A DNA stretch of 64,000 nt from Amoebidium appalachense (GCA_963693365.1 CAVNZM010000009.1:8599408-8663407); one strand, 5' to 3'. Numbered from the stretch's first letter, positions 39,401 through 53,028 are shown. The notes: generated from the sequence alone by a model not told the origin. Numbers and translations are program-made.

Positions 39401-41639
39401 AACCCATCGGCACCACCTTGTACTGGAACAGCTGGTCACCCAGTGCAAAGGCAGTCTTCTCCTTGCTGCTCTCCTCCAACCTTATCTGCCAAAAAGCTGC
39501 TTTTAAATCAAGTTTAGCAAAGTGAGTATAGCCGTGCAGCTGTGAAAGCTGCTCGTCTATGTTAGGGAGAGGCCATTGGTCTGCCTTAGTGATCCGATTC
39601 AGAGCCCTGTAATCGTTCACTAGACGCCAAGACCCGTCGGGCTTCTTAACCAATAGCACCGGACTTCTCCACGGACTCGAACTATGCTCCACATGACCCT
39701 TTTTTAACATATCACTCACTATTATTAGCGCATCCGACAATTTATACTGCTCCATTCTATAGCTAGGCATCACTACCGGCCTATTATCACCTGTGTCGAT
39801 CTGCATTTCAAACCCTTTAACGAAGCCTACTTCGTTATCATCGGCCAGAAATGCAAACCGAGTCCTATCAAATAACTTAGCTAGCAATTTTTTCTGTTCT
39901 ACCGTCCAATCCCCCTCCTTCATACCAAACGGCAATACTAACTCCGGGTTACTCCCATCACAAGTGGATGCATCCTTATTCACCGGAGTGCCACTTAACA
40001 TTTCACCTCCTGTATTACATCGGTGCTGCTCGGGGTGAGGTTGAGGTACCTCCGGATATAGGCGTTCACCCTTAGCACCCCCCCTCCCCCCGGCACACCA
40101 ATGCCCCCGGGCAATTCCTGATGAGTTAGTGCATGTATGTGGGGGGCCAGGTCTGTGGCCACCCTGCCCCCCACGGTGTTGGTTAACCCGTCAGATCCAC
40201 GGGTTAGACCAACACCCTCCCCCCCTGCCTGCACATTCTCACACCCGGGGTGACCCTCCTTCCTCTTGGGGGTCGGGGGAGTGGGACCGGTGCTGTCCCG
40301 GTCCCCCCCCCCATCGTGTCGGGTGACATTTTGGTGGCTAACGTTAAATAAAGTTGTTCCCCCTCCTCCTGAGTCACCCTTCGAGCCGGCATCCTCCTTT
40401 TGGGTAATAAGAGAGACCTCTATACTACCAATCTCATTAGTGAAACTACCGACGGAAACACCTGACCTAATCACTATAGGCTCGATGCCCGGATTCACTA
40501 ATTCTATTTCTATCGTCTTATCCGGCCATACCCTACTAAGGGTCCATTGGGCCACCTCCTGAAATGGGGTTTTCGGAGTAAAAACCCCTAAACCCCCTAT
40601 CCTAACATGATTGCCGGCCCGGACACGTACCGTTTGGCACTGATAAGGCTCGATTACTACTTCAGCTACCGTTCTAGCACCAGACTGATAACCGTCGAGC
40701 CCATCATGGGTTTTAATTTTAACGCCGGACTGCAATTCTAAAACATTCGTACGTTCAAACAAAGCATTCACATGTCTACGGAAAAATGGGGCTCCCAACA
40801 AAACACTTTGAGCTAAATCCTTAACCACATAACAAGCAATATGCATAGCCTGGCCACCTATCTCACACGGCAACACACAAACACCTTCCACAGACATACT
40901 ACTATTATTAGCACTACCTAAGGCTGTGCTAGAAGCATCTAAAATAGGAATTTCCCCCCCGGCCTGATTAAAACGACGAATAAACGAAGCATGCACACAA
41001 TTAACCTGAGCCCCTCCATCGAGCAAAGCAACAGCCTTCAACTTACCATCAGCTAACCATACGTCTATATAATGCCGGCTAAAACCAACTAAATCCTCCT
41101 CCAATTCAAGCAACACATCTGATTCATCACTCACACCCAATCCCTGCCCACGAAGACTCACACCCTCGATACCTACGTGCAACATACCTACCTGTGGTGC
41201 CTGCACGGGTGGGGTGGGGTGTGTATGTGATGTGGGTGGTGGTGGAGTGTGTGTGTGTGGTGTGTGGGTGGGTGGTGTGTGTGTGTTTGGTGTATGTGTG
41301 GGTGTGTACAGTGTGTGGGTGTAGGTGTGTCTGCAACCGTCGTATGTTGTTGTGGTGGTGTGTTTCTACGTGTCTGTGCCTTCCCCCCCTTCCCCCTTTA
41401 CTCGTGTGTGTCCCCCCCCCTCCCGGAAACAATGGCACAGAAACCCCCTCCGGTGTGGTTAGAATAAACACCGGGTTGGGACAAGAAACACTGAGACCAT
41501 CCACTTGTGGCTGGGGAACCTCCCCCAACCACAAAACATTCACACCATTCATACCTTTGGTAGAGTCACCCCACAAACATACATGCCATACCACCTCGAC
41601 GCTGTCTTGAGGACCCACGACGATGCCCGGCTCCCACAC
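36438..41639 (-). pseudogene. pol: Gypsy pol (PR, RT, RNase H, IN, chromodomain); several frameshifts including a 34-bp tandem duplication at 37620-37687
   Basis: ALLDGGA, SPWRSPVLLVKKPDGSWRL, YLDD, CDAS..TDHK..DALSR, AVDVVGP, GPY, YYLIRFEG..DQWLPE. Confidence 0.92.
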
Positions 41640-41773
41640 GTATCGGGGCGGTGAGGGGGCAAAGGGAAGCTTAACCTGGGGTGGGGGAGGGTGAAGGTTC
41701 TCTGCAACCTGGGGGGGACCGATACTGTCCCCCCCCCTCCCTCAGTGACCCCAGCTTCCCCCTCCCCCGGAAC

Positions 41774-43109
41774 TCAATAGCTCTTGTAACTACGGCAATA
41801 TGCAGCAGAGTGCCCTTGCCGGCCACAAAAGTAACATGCACCAAAGAAGGGGCCAGTGGGGGACTTCAAAACCTTGGCGCAAAGCATAACCGGGAGCCCG
41901 GTCATGCTGGGGGGGCCCACCGTGTGCACCACGGCCCCCCCTTCCCCCCTGCCCCCCTCGGCCTCTTTCACCACCATTTCGACCCCTCCCTCTACCCTGC
42001 CCACCACCACGAGCAAGATAAGGGGCAAACCTCTCGGTGAACTGCTGCTGTTGTCCTCCACGTCCACCTCGGCCACGACCGCCGTGTCCACCCCGGTCGC
42101 CGCCACGGCCACCCCGGAAGCCGAAGCCCCCTCGGCCAGAAAAGACGGCCTGGGAGAGCTCGGCAACCTGCTTGACCAACATGGTGAGTGCATCTGGCTG
42201 TTCACCCTCTTTTTTCTCTTTTTCCCCCTTCTGTCCACTCTCCTTCTTTTTCTTGTCTACTTCCATCACCTCCTTTTTATCCCTCTTATTGAACTTCACC
42301 TCGTGCATGGCAAGCAAGTGACGTTTAACATGCAACACCACCTCATCTACATCATCATGCTCCCCAAACATGCGTGCAGTGTCTGTGTTTACAGAGAGAG
42401 CCTTACGAGCAAACTCGAATTTTTCCCTATCACTCACGTCACCAGCTAACTCACAAAGGTCTTCAAAGACCCGATATTCCCTCTCAAAGAATGCACGAGC
42501 TTCTACGGGGGACATATCTAAAGTGGGAAAGGTATACTTCCATTCTCTGAGCTGGGCCCGGAAGGTACGGCGCCGGTCGGCCGTCAGGTATCGGCCGACG
42601 AGCCGGGCCGTATACTCGAGCTCGTTTTCCGGCCGTGTGAAGGCCTCGAGCTCCCCGTCCACGTCGTCGGTGCTGTTCTCGTCCTCGTCGTCGGGGATGA
42701 ATCGTGCGGCCAGACGTTTCTGGCCGAGGGTCCGGGACACCATCTCGTCCCTCCCCTCGTCGTACTGCTGCTCGTATATACGAGCCGTCACCTGGGGGGC
42801 CTGCTCGGCCCGGTACGGGTGCTCCTCCATCAGGGTGCATAAGTCGGCCATTGTCTTGTGGTCGATGCACTGTTTGATCATTAAGCACGAGGCCGCCACA
42901 GTGGGGGCCTTCTTTGTGTCTAACACTAGTGTGGGTGTGTTAGCTAGGAGTGTCCTAAGCCACCTAGGTATTTCCGAGTCGTGTTTGAGTATAAAACTGA
43001 AAGCTGTGGTCTGTCTAACGTCTAGTGTATGAACCTGTGGTACCTGTGTGTGCAGGGAGCTATCCTCCGCTGCCAGTGCGTAGAACATGTCTACGTTAAA
43101 CTTAGCCAT
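41774..43109 (-). pseudogene. gag: Gypsy gag with an RGG-rich region and a CCHC knuckle (frameshift near 41900)
   Basis: ORF 41790-43109, with CYFCGRQGHSAAYC in the adjacent frame. Confidence 0.8.
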
Positions 43110-43147
43110 TGTGTGGTGTGTGCCCGAACTCGTGTGGTTGTGTTTAT

Positions 43148-43178
<31 letters not shown>

Positions 43179-44000
43179 CCTGTGTGTTTGAGGTGTAGCA
43201 ACAGCCCAGAAGGAACTGTCACCGCGTTACCCTAGCGCGAAAAACCGCACTAAAAGAAAGGTGTAGCTTGTCGTATCCTAATGTATATGTACTAGAGACG
43301 CGGCACTCTACTAAGTGTACACACACGAAAAGGAACGAACGTGTACGGAAAAACGGTAAAGTTTATTCAGACCAGGCTCCGACGGGCAAACTTAGATCGG
43401 TACGGAATGAGACTAAGTTACAACTGCGGCCATCAAGGCCGTGCCCTCAAAGATCATCATCACCTGGCCCCTTACGATGCCACATTCCAAACATTCCGAT
43501 CTACTTTTATCGTGCGCCTGCACGAGCTAAGTCGATCTACTCAACTAATATATTTATCCATGTCTCACCCCTCACCCTCCCCGTAGTGGCACCGCAGAGT
43601 CTAAATCTACATTTCATACTATCCGAGTCCCCCCCCCTCCCTCCCCCCCTTTCCTCTACATCTAAATATATAAATACGTTTGGCAACATACACTATCAAA
43701 CCTTGCCAATACTTACAAAAGGGCTTCTGCCCGAACAATCACATTCCTAAGTCCTCCTACGATCTATCCTACACACTAATTGGAATTCTATTGGTCGGCT
43801 GTCCCGGCTGACGTGGTCCAATGCCCTGCGCCGGCAGAGGCAAGATGCACGCAGCTGTACAGCTATCTTGAGCCTGGCCCCGGACTTGATCTTGATGATC
43901 TGTGGACCCGGGCCACCCCCCCCCCCCCCCCGATCTCGATCGTAGACTTAGGCTAATCTGCTGAGACGGATTAGTATATGTCACCCCCCCCACCCCCACA

Positions 44001-44555
44001 ATGCGTGTGGCCGCCATAGACGTCGGCTTCTGAATCTGGTGGTGTGCGTGCTCAGCACCACCGACGACCCGGGCACACCCTTCATCATCCACACGTGGGA
44101 CTGCTGGCTCGTGGGCAACCCGGACACCCCCGCCACCGTGCTGGTGCAGCTGCTGGTGTGCCGGCTGCACGAGGACCGCGCGCTGTTCGCGGACGTCGAC
44201 ATGGTCGTCATCGAGCGCCAGATGGTCGCCAAGCTGAGCGTGCTCGCCCACGCGCTGCAGGCGTACTTCCTCACGCGCCGACTGGCCGACGGCCACGGGC
44301 CCGGCGTGGTCCTGCAGCACGGCACGCGCAAGAACCAGTGCGGCGCCTGGCTGCGCAAGAACGGGCTTGTCCCAGCGGAGGGCGGGGAAGGCGGCGTACG
44401 CCGTGTACAAGCGGCGGGCGGTGGTGGACACGCAGCAGGCGCTGAAGTTGCAGGGTGAGCAGGGGTGGCGGGACAAGTTTGGGCGGGAGGGCAAGAAGGA
44501 CGACATGGCGGACGCGCTGCTGCACGGGCTGTGGTACCTGTTCTGCCGGAAGTGA
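44001..44555 (+). pseudogene. Poxvirus A22/RuvC-like Holliday junction resolvase (frameshifts ~44032 and ~44370)
   Basis: MRVAAIDVG..NLVVCVL, VVIERQ, YKRRAV and KKDDMADALL give the RuvC/A22 acidic catalytic motifs. Confidence 0.88.
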
Positions 44556-44618
44556 TACGTAGCACCAAATAGTCGTACTCGCACTTCAGCGGGTATATTA
44601 TATAAATTTAACTTGGAG

Positions 44619-44760
44619 GTTTCCCCCAAATCGGCGAAAGACGTTACTTTCGTAAACAGACTTTAGCCGGGTTTCCCCCCAATCGCCGCCGCCCTGTCAC
44701 GAGCGGCTCTGGCTGCGGAGGTACGAAACCGTTTACGGAAGCCCCAGTTTCCCCCCAATC
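44619..44760 (+). repeat. Three GTTTCCCCC(C/A)AATC motifs
   Basis: Copies at 44619, 44671 and 44747. Confidence 0.7.
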
Positions 44761-45511
44761 ACAAGGGCGAACGGGCGTATCCAGTGGATTCAGTCAGGGC
44801 ACATGGTCATCTCACGCACACATGCCATTGTTTCCCAGGGATCATGAGCGAAACCACTTTATTTGTTAGCCTAGCAGTAAGAATAAAAGAACGTGGCATT
44901 GAAATGTTAAAATAATTAATATATATAGTAATAGGGGCTTTTTATTCTTTTTTTTTCGCTTTTTTTATTATTATTTTAGTTTTTTTGTTTGAGAGGGATT
45001 CCCATGATGTGCTGAGAAGTGCTCGTCTGGCGAATAAGATGCTCTTGCCGCTGGCTGTGAACGGTCGACCAATTGGAAAGCTCTGTCCAGCTTAATCAAA
45101 AGCTGATAAGATGCACGGCCCTCTGAAAAAAAGACGGCCTGGCCGCAGAACGGGATCAAAAGAGCAGATTGGTATTTCGATCCACTGGATTCGCTAGCAA
45201 ACTACTATCAGTGCGCAGATTATGAAGGAAAACGGAAGGAAAAAAAAAACGACAAAAGTTTATGAAGTGCTTCCTATGTTCTAGGGCGTTTTTTTGTCTT
45301 AGAGTAATATGCGCAAGCCCTATAGCACAAAGTTTTGGCATAGTGTACATAATAGTGTAGCTGAGTCTCAGTATAGTTATATCTATTGAGCAGTTCACGT
45401 TTACACAAACACGGCCGTGAGCAAAGATCTACTACAAAACTAGAACTCTTCTTTGCGTATATTCTCTCAAAGGTGTTTCTATCCACTAGGTAACATAATA
45501 CTACCTGTATG

Positions 45512-45943
45512 TTAAGTATTAGTCAGGCCCCCCCGATTGGCGGCGCGGATGAGTCGGTAGTGATCGTCTGTGGCTCTCCCGGCCGTAGTGGTGGCTGTTT
45601 CGGTAGCTGTGGTGCTTGTTTCAGTGGGTGTGTTGGTGTTTTTGTTGGGTGTGGTGATTTCGAGATGTGCACGACATGTGTTGCAGCCAACACCGCGCAC
45701 GTGAAGGGCGTGCACACAGAACCCTGCCCGGTAGGTTAGCACCTCTGGCTTTCTGATGTCTTCGCTGATTTTATAGACGTGGCCCCAGATGGTGTTGTTG
45801 TAGAGTGGGAGAATGGTCTCGATGGTGATCGCTTTGCGTTTGCTGTTGAGCGCTGTGTTCATGTTGTCGAACAGCTGTGTTACACTTGTGCCCGTCTGCA
45901 CTGCCAGCTTTGCCAGCTTCTGCACCCGTGTCCTTTTGACGGC
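45512..45943 (-). pseudogene. P transposase C-terminal exon
   Basis: Acceptor CTCCAG at 45944; EVLTYRAGFCVH..CNTC..L and NRGGL match the L.Y.AGY..C..C / RGGL motifs of P/THAP9 C-termini. Confidence 0.75.
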
Positions 45944-46717
45944 CTGGAGAGTCTGTTCATAGAGGTGAGTTTATTGTGTGATTTGTGTATATATAGATGG
46001 CACGTGGCTATAAAAGTTTAATATGACACACTATGGCGCGGGCGCGCAAGCAGTGTATCATAGCATATATTCGTGTGTACACAAGCATGGTTTAGGTATA
46101 TCTGCATGGGGTTGTGTATGTATGGTGTGTGTGTCATCTTCACTTGATTCTCAGCAAGACTTAGAAGTTGAGTTTTGTATTTATTTATTAGTTGTTGTAG
46201 TTTGTTTCCTTTTCCTTTCTTCATTTCTTTCTTTCCCATTTCCGTGTACACGACATCTTAGATCTGTGTACGTATCGACATACTTAGCTCGCGCACACGT
46301 ATTGTCGTTTGCGTCAAAATCTATATATGTCATCCAATCATATCTCGTTTGTATTTTCCCAAATATAGTAACTTACATTCCTTTCTCATTCCTTTCCCAC
46401 GACGTAGCATTGTGCTATGTTCTTCAACTATTAGGAATAATTATATTTAGACGTGTTATGATAAGAACATGTATAAATGTATGTTATGAATTAATAGTTA
46501 CATAAGTGGTTTCATTTTATTAAATGTTTCCGTGCTTTTATTAGAAGTTTCTTTCATTAGAGGATTGAGTTTTATATTCTATGTGTCGACAGACATTTTA
46601 ATCGATATATTTTACACTCATAGTTTTCGTTCTTTTGATTGGTTTATCGTTTCACATTCCCAAGTATAAAAGGGACCTCATCTTGAAATAAATTATAAGC
46701 AGTCGTATTCATTTCCT

Positions 46718-49700
46718 ATGGTTCCAGAAATCGTTCCTCCTCTCCGGTTGTGTTTTTCCCGTGTGTCTCTGTGTTGTGTATATCATAACACCCATCTGTG
46801 CTCTCTGCTTCTCCGTTTACCCACACAAAATAACAGGTTTACGGCCCCTTTGCACGCTAACACACAATCTCGTTACAACCGCGAGCCACTCATTCACCGG
46901 TTCATTAGAACAACCATTGCCGAGAAATTCGTTGACGCTATCAAGAGGCCACAGTGGGTTGACGGCGCTGAAGCCAACCAGTGGCTAGGCTACACCACCA
47001 AGGACTCCTACAAGAAAGCTTCCGACGTCCTCGACCAGATCCTCAACCAGTCCGTCCACCCGACCGAGCTCTACGACTCCGGCCGGATGCAAGACGGTGT
47101 CCACGGTGGTGAAGTCTTCCACAACCTACGTATGGCGTATGTAGCAGAGAAGGAGGCCCGAGTCACCCAGATCCAAGTCACCTTCGAGGAGCTTGAACTA
47201 CGAGACTACCCCAACGTCACAGCATACCTCACCCGTCTCCAACGTCTGGCTACGACACTTGCCTGCCTCGACATGCCCGTCCAGCACAAGGATGTCGTAC
47301 GTAAGTTCTTCCTTCACCTCAGGAAGAACACGGCCCTGGTCTGCTCCGACATTGAACGTCTCTGCTCCGACTACTGGATGAACAACAAGGCCTACCCGTC
47401 CTTCAACATGCTCATCAGTGACATCCGAGGAGCTGAAATCCGTGCCGGCCTCATCGACGCAGGCACTGGTGCAACCGTCAACAACCGTCCCCTCCGTGCA
47501 CTCCAGAGCAGAGTGCTTCCCCCCGGTGACCTCCGTAACCGTATTCCTCGACGTGAGCATACACCTCACCGATCCCCGTCCCGTTCCCGTGATCCTCGTC
47601 CGTCCTCCAAGTCACCCGGCCCCCGTTCAACTTCCCCTTACCACCGTGGTAACAGGGACAACCGTAACCGACAGCACAACACCAAGAAGGTGGAGTGTTC
47701 CTACTGCCATGAGCCCCACCACATCACAGCATGCCCGGAGCCTGGCTGTACAGTTGCTCGTCGTGCCAAGCAGGAGAAAGGTGACAAGAGTGTGAAATTT
47801 GCACTCATCTCCTCCACCGGCACACCTGACAGTAACGACCCCGTCTGGGACAGTGCTTGTAATGCACACATCTGCCCCATCAAGGAGTATTTCTCCTCCC
47901 TTACCCCGTGTCCTCCCACCCCCATTCACGGCCTCGGCACAGTCAATGCCAAACAACGTGGCATCATCAACATGACACTGCACTACAACGGCCACCCAAC
48001 CCCGTGCAGCATCAATGCTTACTACGTACCCGAGGCACCGTCTTTCCTCGTGTCTACCTCCATGGCCTCAGCTGCCAGCCTCCTGGGTCATTGTGACGAT
48101 ACAGACAACCACCCGTCGTTCCTCTACAGCCGTAATGGTGACATCATTTCAGATCTCACCCCCCTCGACGGTCTCTACTACATCACTGACTATGTGATTG
48201 AGACTCCTCAACACCCGAAGGTCCAAGCCTACACAGCAAGGACTCAACCAACCAACGACCTCACCCTTTGGCACAACCGTCTCGGCCACCGTGCCCTCTC
48301 CACCGTCACCAGGATGGCCAAGGATGAGCTTGTCATCAGCATGCCCCCCTCCCTTAAGTCACCCGACAACAGTGACTGCTTCGGCTGCATGTCTGGCAAG
48401 ACCACCAAGGCCCCCTTTCCCGGCACCCGTTCCAAGTTCACCATTCCCGGTGCTAAGTGGCACCTGGACTTCTTCGAAGCTCCCTGTGCTTCCTACGGAG
48501 GCTACAAGGTTGCTCTGGTGTGTGTTTGTGATGCCACCGGTTACACCACCGTGTTCCCCCTCTACAACCGTGGTGAAACCCTCAGCCACATTGTAAACAG
48601 TTGGACTAGTTAGGATAAGGCAGAGTACAACTGAATCAAAATAAAGACAGAGAACGGGTAGAAAGGCACACGCGGCCAGGTTGCTTTTACTATGGGCCGA
48701 CTCAGTCTGTCTCAGACTTCACTGATGTGATCCCCGTACTGGGACGGCTTTCTTATATAGCCCCCAGGTTTCGGATCATCTGGATGGGTGGCATTGATGC
48801 CTTCGTGACTTCTGACCAGTCAGAAGAGTGCGGTCGTCTTTATGTGCACACAGTGCACCAATAACATGAAGCTAACTAAAAGTATAACTTTGTGGCAAAT
48901 GATTGGTCAATACTTAAGCCCGTTTAGGTTTATGCAACTGGGTCTGATTTCCTTATTGGTTCCGTTCGTTTAGCTATAGATGTCGCCTCCGTAGTGGATG
49001 AGACTTGCATTCCTATCCTAGCGGTTCTCGAATTCTATTGGTTCATACTGACTGCACGGCCACTGCATATTGCCGGCGCCGCGGCTCAGTCGTGAGCCGC
49101 AGCCCGCGGCTGTCGCGTGTGATATTGATCTGATCATATGTACACAATATCTACGTGATCACTATGATATGTACAGTATATTCGTAATAGTAAACATGTA
49201 CGGCGTGTACAGATGTTTACACACATTCAGTCTCTCGTTGAAACCATCGAACGTCAGACACCTGAGATCGTCACCCATCTTCGGTTTGACTCCGGCTCTG
49301 AGTTCACCTCCAAGGACACCGAGGTCTACTGCAAGCAGAAAGGCATCATCATGGAGTTTGCCCCCGTCGACACACCACAACACAACGGTGTTGTTGAACG
49401 GAAGATGAGAGAACTACAAGAGACAGTCCGTTGCTTCCTCCATGCCGACAAGGACCAACCTCTCTCTCCCAAGTTGTGGGTTGCTGCTCTCAAGCATGCT
49501 GGCTACATCATCAACGTCACACCGTCATCTGCTGCCAACGGCAACACTCCCTTCGAGGCCTTCCACGGCTTCAAACCCGACGTCTCCCAGCTCCACGTGT
49601 TCGGCTCCCCTGCCTATGTGCATGTTCCCCGGTCAAAGAGGAACAAGCTGGCATCAACCGTCAGAGTCGGCACCTACGTCGGCTGGGACCTACCCTCCAA

Positions 49701-51797
49701 GGCACACAAGATCCTCGACCATGCCAGCAACCAAATCAAGATCTGCCGTGATGTGATCTTCGACGAGTCAAAATTCACGAGCAGCACCAATCAGGTCTCC
49801 GTTCCCCCCAAACCCGATCTGCCGACATTGGACCCCCCCTCCGACGACGACGATGAAACTCCGTCTGTGGTCATCTCCCAACCGTCCTGGCACAACCAAC
49901 CAGCCCCGGTTGAACCCGTGCCTCCCCCGAGCCCCCCCCCCCCACAGGCCAACAACCCTTGCTGCCGGCCCCCCCCGTTGCTGTGCATCAACCCGGCTAC
50001 ATGACTCCGGTTCGTCCTGGGTCCCCCACCTTCCACTCGGCCTCGAGCAGCCCTGTGGACACCGATGCCCCCCTCACCACCGGTCCTATTCCTGGCTTCC
50101 ATGCCCCTATCCCGGCCTCCACCACCTACCCGGCCACCACCCCCCTCAAGGACCCCCCCAAGCCCAACCTTCGTCGGTCTACACGTCTCACCAAGACTCC
50201 AACGGCACTGGTCAGCATCGTAGCACCGACCATCAACCTTGACCAGCTTCCCAAGGGCATTCAAAAGCTTTGCAACGGTCCCAATGGTGATGCCGTCATA
50301 GCTGCCCTCACCTCCGAGTACCAAGCCTTCATCACCAAGGATGTCTTCACCATTGTTGATCCCCCCCCTGGTGCCAACATCATCAAGTTCAAGTGGATTG
50401 TGACTGAGAAAGTCCTCAACTCAGCCGGTGACACCAAGATCAAAGCTCGTGGTGTTGCAAAGGGCTTCACTCAAGTCTACGGTGTTGACTACGGTGACAC
50501 CTCTTCCCCCGTGGTGATGTCCTCCTCTGTCCGTGCCCTCCTTGCCATCGGTGTGGACGGCAACCATGAGATTCATCAACTCGACGTCTCAACTGCCTTC
50601 CTCAACAGTCCTCTTCAAGAAGACATCTACATTGAGCCACCACCTGGCTTCATCACCTCCGGCAACGAGCACAAGGTCTGGAAACTTAAGAAGGCACTCT
50701 ACGGCCTCAAGCAAGCATCACTGGCATGGTATGAGTACTTCGACAAGGTCCTCCTTGCTCACGGTCTCGAACGTCTCCGTTCAGATCCATGTGTCTACAT
50801 CAAGACCTTCCCCAACGGTGACATCATCCTCACTGGCAACTATGTGGACGACGTCATCATCATCTGCACGGCCAACTCTTCCCACACCAAGGATCTAGTA
50901 GACCACATCATGATGTCAGCTCTCTGCAAGGTTGACCTTCCCGACATCTTCCTTGGCACCCAGCTCATCCACACCCCCGGTCACCTCAAGCTGCTTCAAC
51001 AATCCTACATCAACGACATCGTCAGAGACTTCAACCTCACCGATGCCCACCCCAAGGCTACTCCCATTCCCGTCGGCACCGTCATCACCATCAACGAGAA
51101 CAACTCACCACCCATCAAGGTTCCCTACCGTGAACTACTCGGCCTTCTTTTGTGGGTTGCTCGTTGTTCCCGGCCCGACATCTCCTTTGCCATCGGCTAC
51201 CTCGGTAGATTTAGTGCCAACCACACCAAACTTGCATGGGAATGTCTACTCCGTTTAGTTCGGTACCTCATCGGCACTTCCAACCTCGGCCTTCACTACG
51301 ACAAGTCTGCTTCCGACGACAACACCCCCTTGCTGGAGTGTTATTCTGATGCTGACTTTGCCAACTGCCCCAACACCCGTCGTTCAACCACCGGATACGT
51401 CATCTTCTTCAAGGGCATACCCATCACATGGTATTCGAAGCTGCAGTCCATCACGGCAACATCCACCACCGAGGCTGAACTTCTGGCCATCAATGCTGCT
51501 GTTCAAAACGTCATCTGGCACCGTGATCTCCTCCGTGAACTCGGCTACCCGATGACCGACCCCACCCCCGTCTACTGTGACAACCAGTCCACCATTGCCC
51601 TCCTGCACACCAACAGCATCAAGCACCGGACCAAACACATTGCAGTCCGGTACCACAACACGAAGGACTACATCAAGAGTGGGGATGTGGTCGTCACCTA
51701 CGTGTCCAGCAAAGACAACGTGGCTGACATCTTCACCAAGCCCCTGCCCGGGCCCTCCCACGAGCAGCACCGTGATTCACTCAGTCTTCGTGACTGA
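46718..51797 (+). pseudogene. gag-pol: Copia gag-pol copy 3: 116-bp deletion of the gag start, solo-LTR insertion in integrase, poly-C frameshift ~49940
   Basis: ORFs 46718-48613, 49213-50004 and 49959-51797 compared with copy 2. Confidence 0.92.
48592..49221. mobile_element. Solo LTR (630 bp), TSD CACAT
   Basis: CACAT|TGTAAACA...TGTTTACA|CACAT; absent from Copia copies 1 and 2. Confidence 0.9.
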
Positions 51798-53028
51798 GTG
51801 TGCCCCCCCCCCCCCCCTCCCCCCCCCCCCCCCCCCCCCCCCCAGTTCATCTACAGTGGTCTTCAAGTAGGTTGGTGCACTGGCCAGTGGTCTACACATC
51901 ACCGTGTAGAGACACCTCCCAACGAAAGTCTACTGCTGTCTTCATCGATCTTCAGTGTGTGCATCTTCAGTGGGGATTTCTTCTCCACCATCCGTCGTTT
52001 ATTTATATACCCTCATATATATAATGTATAAATCATTAGCCACCAACACGTCACACATACACTAGTTGTTTCTTCTATATATATTTATATATCGTCATTG
52101 GCTACCGTCATCTTCCGAGTCTTCAGAGGCAACCGTCGTTGTGTGCTTCTTCCGTTTTGGTTTTCTTCCCCGGCTTGCACCTCCAAGTCTTCTCCAATTG
52201 TCTTCTCGAGTGGGGAAACTTGACTGTGACTTCACGGCACCTGCTTCTACATGTGTGAGAGTCTTAACATCAACAGTCACATCAACAAACTTCACGAGAA
52301 CCCAACTTCCAACCCTTGAGTGGGGATGTCATCTTCACTTGATTCTCAGCAAGACTTAGAAGTTGAGTTTCGTATGTATTTATTAGTTGTTGTAGTTTAT
52401 TTCCTTTTCCTTTCTTCATTTCTTTCTTTCCCGTTTCCGTGTACACGACATCTTAGATCTGTGTACGTATCGACATACTTAGCTCGCGCACACGTATTGT
52501 CGTTTGCGTCAAAATCTATATATGTCATCCAATCATATCTCGTTTGTATTTTCCCAAATATAGTAACTTACATTCCTTTCTCATTCCTTTCCCACGACGT
52601 AGCATTGTGCTATGTTCTTCAACTATTAGGAATAATTATATTTAGACGTGTTATGATAAGAACATGTATAAATGTATGTTATGAATTAATAGTTACATAA
52701 GTGGTTTCATTTTATTAAATGTTTTCGTGCTTTTATTAGAAGTTTCTTTCATCAGAGGATTGAGTTTTATATTCTATGTGTCGACAGACATTTTAATCGA
52801 TATATTTTACACTCATAGTTTTCGTTCTTTTGATTGGTTTATCGTTTCACATTCCCAAGTATAAAAGGGACCTCATCTTGAAATAAATTATAAGCAGTCG
52901 TATTCATTTCCTATGGTTCCAGAAATCGTTCCTCCTCTCCGGTTGTGTTTTTCCCGTGTGTCTCTGTGTTGTGTATATCATAACACCCATCTGTGCTCTC
53001 TGCTTCTCCGTTTACCCACACAAAATAA

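Larger units (their letters stand above)
35586..43983 (-). mobile_element. Ty3/Gypsy LTR retrotransposon with chromodomain integrase; LTRs 35586-36298 and 43269-43983; TSD CCCCC
   Basis: Paired TG...CA LTRs, G-rich PPT next to the 3' LTR, PR-RT-RH-IN order. Confidence 0.95.
26774..44555. mobile_element. Decaying endogenous large-DNA-virus-like (Nucleocytoviricota-like) island with a nested solo LTR and Gypsy
   Basis: Intronless, tightly packed ORFs free of long microsatellites: SF3 helicase, two PD-(D/E)xK nucleases, KilA-N, Bro-like, penton-like and A22/RuvC; several are frameshifted. Confidence 0.8.

Noticed and set aside
41200-41400. Possible intron in the Gypsy pol leader
   Set aside because: The CA-rich stretch stays open as His/Thr low complexity and no convincing donor was found.
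26774-44555. Polinton/adintovirus or bacterial prophage interpretation
   Set aside because: No pPolB, integrase, packaging ATPase, TIRs or phage structural genes are visible; A22 plus KilA-N favours a large DNA virus, though this is unproven.
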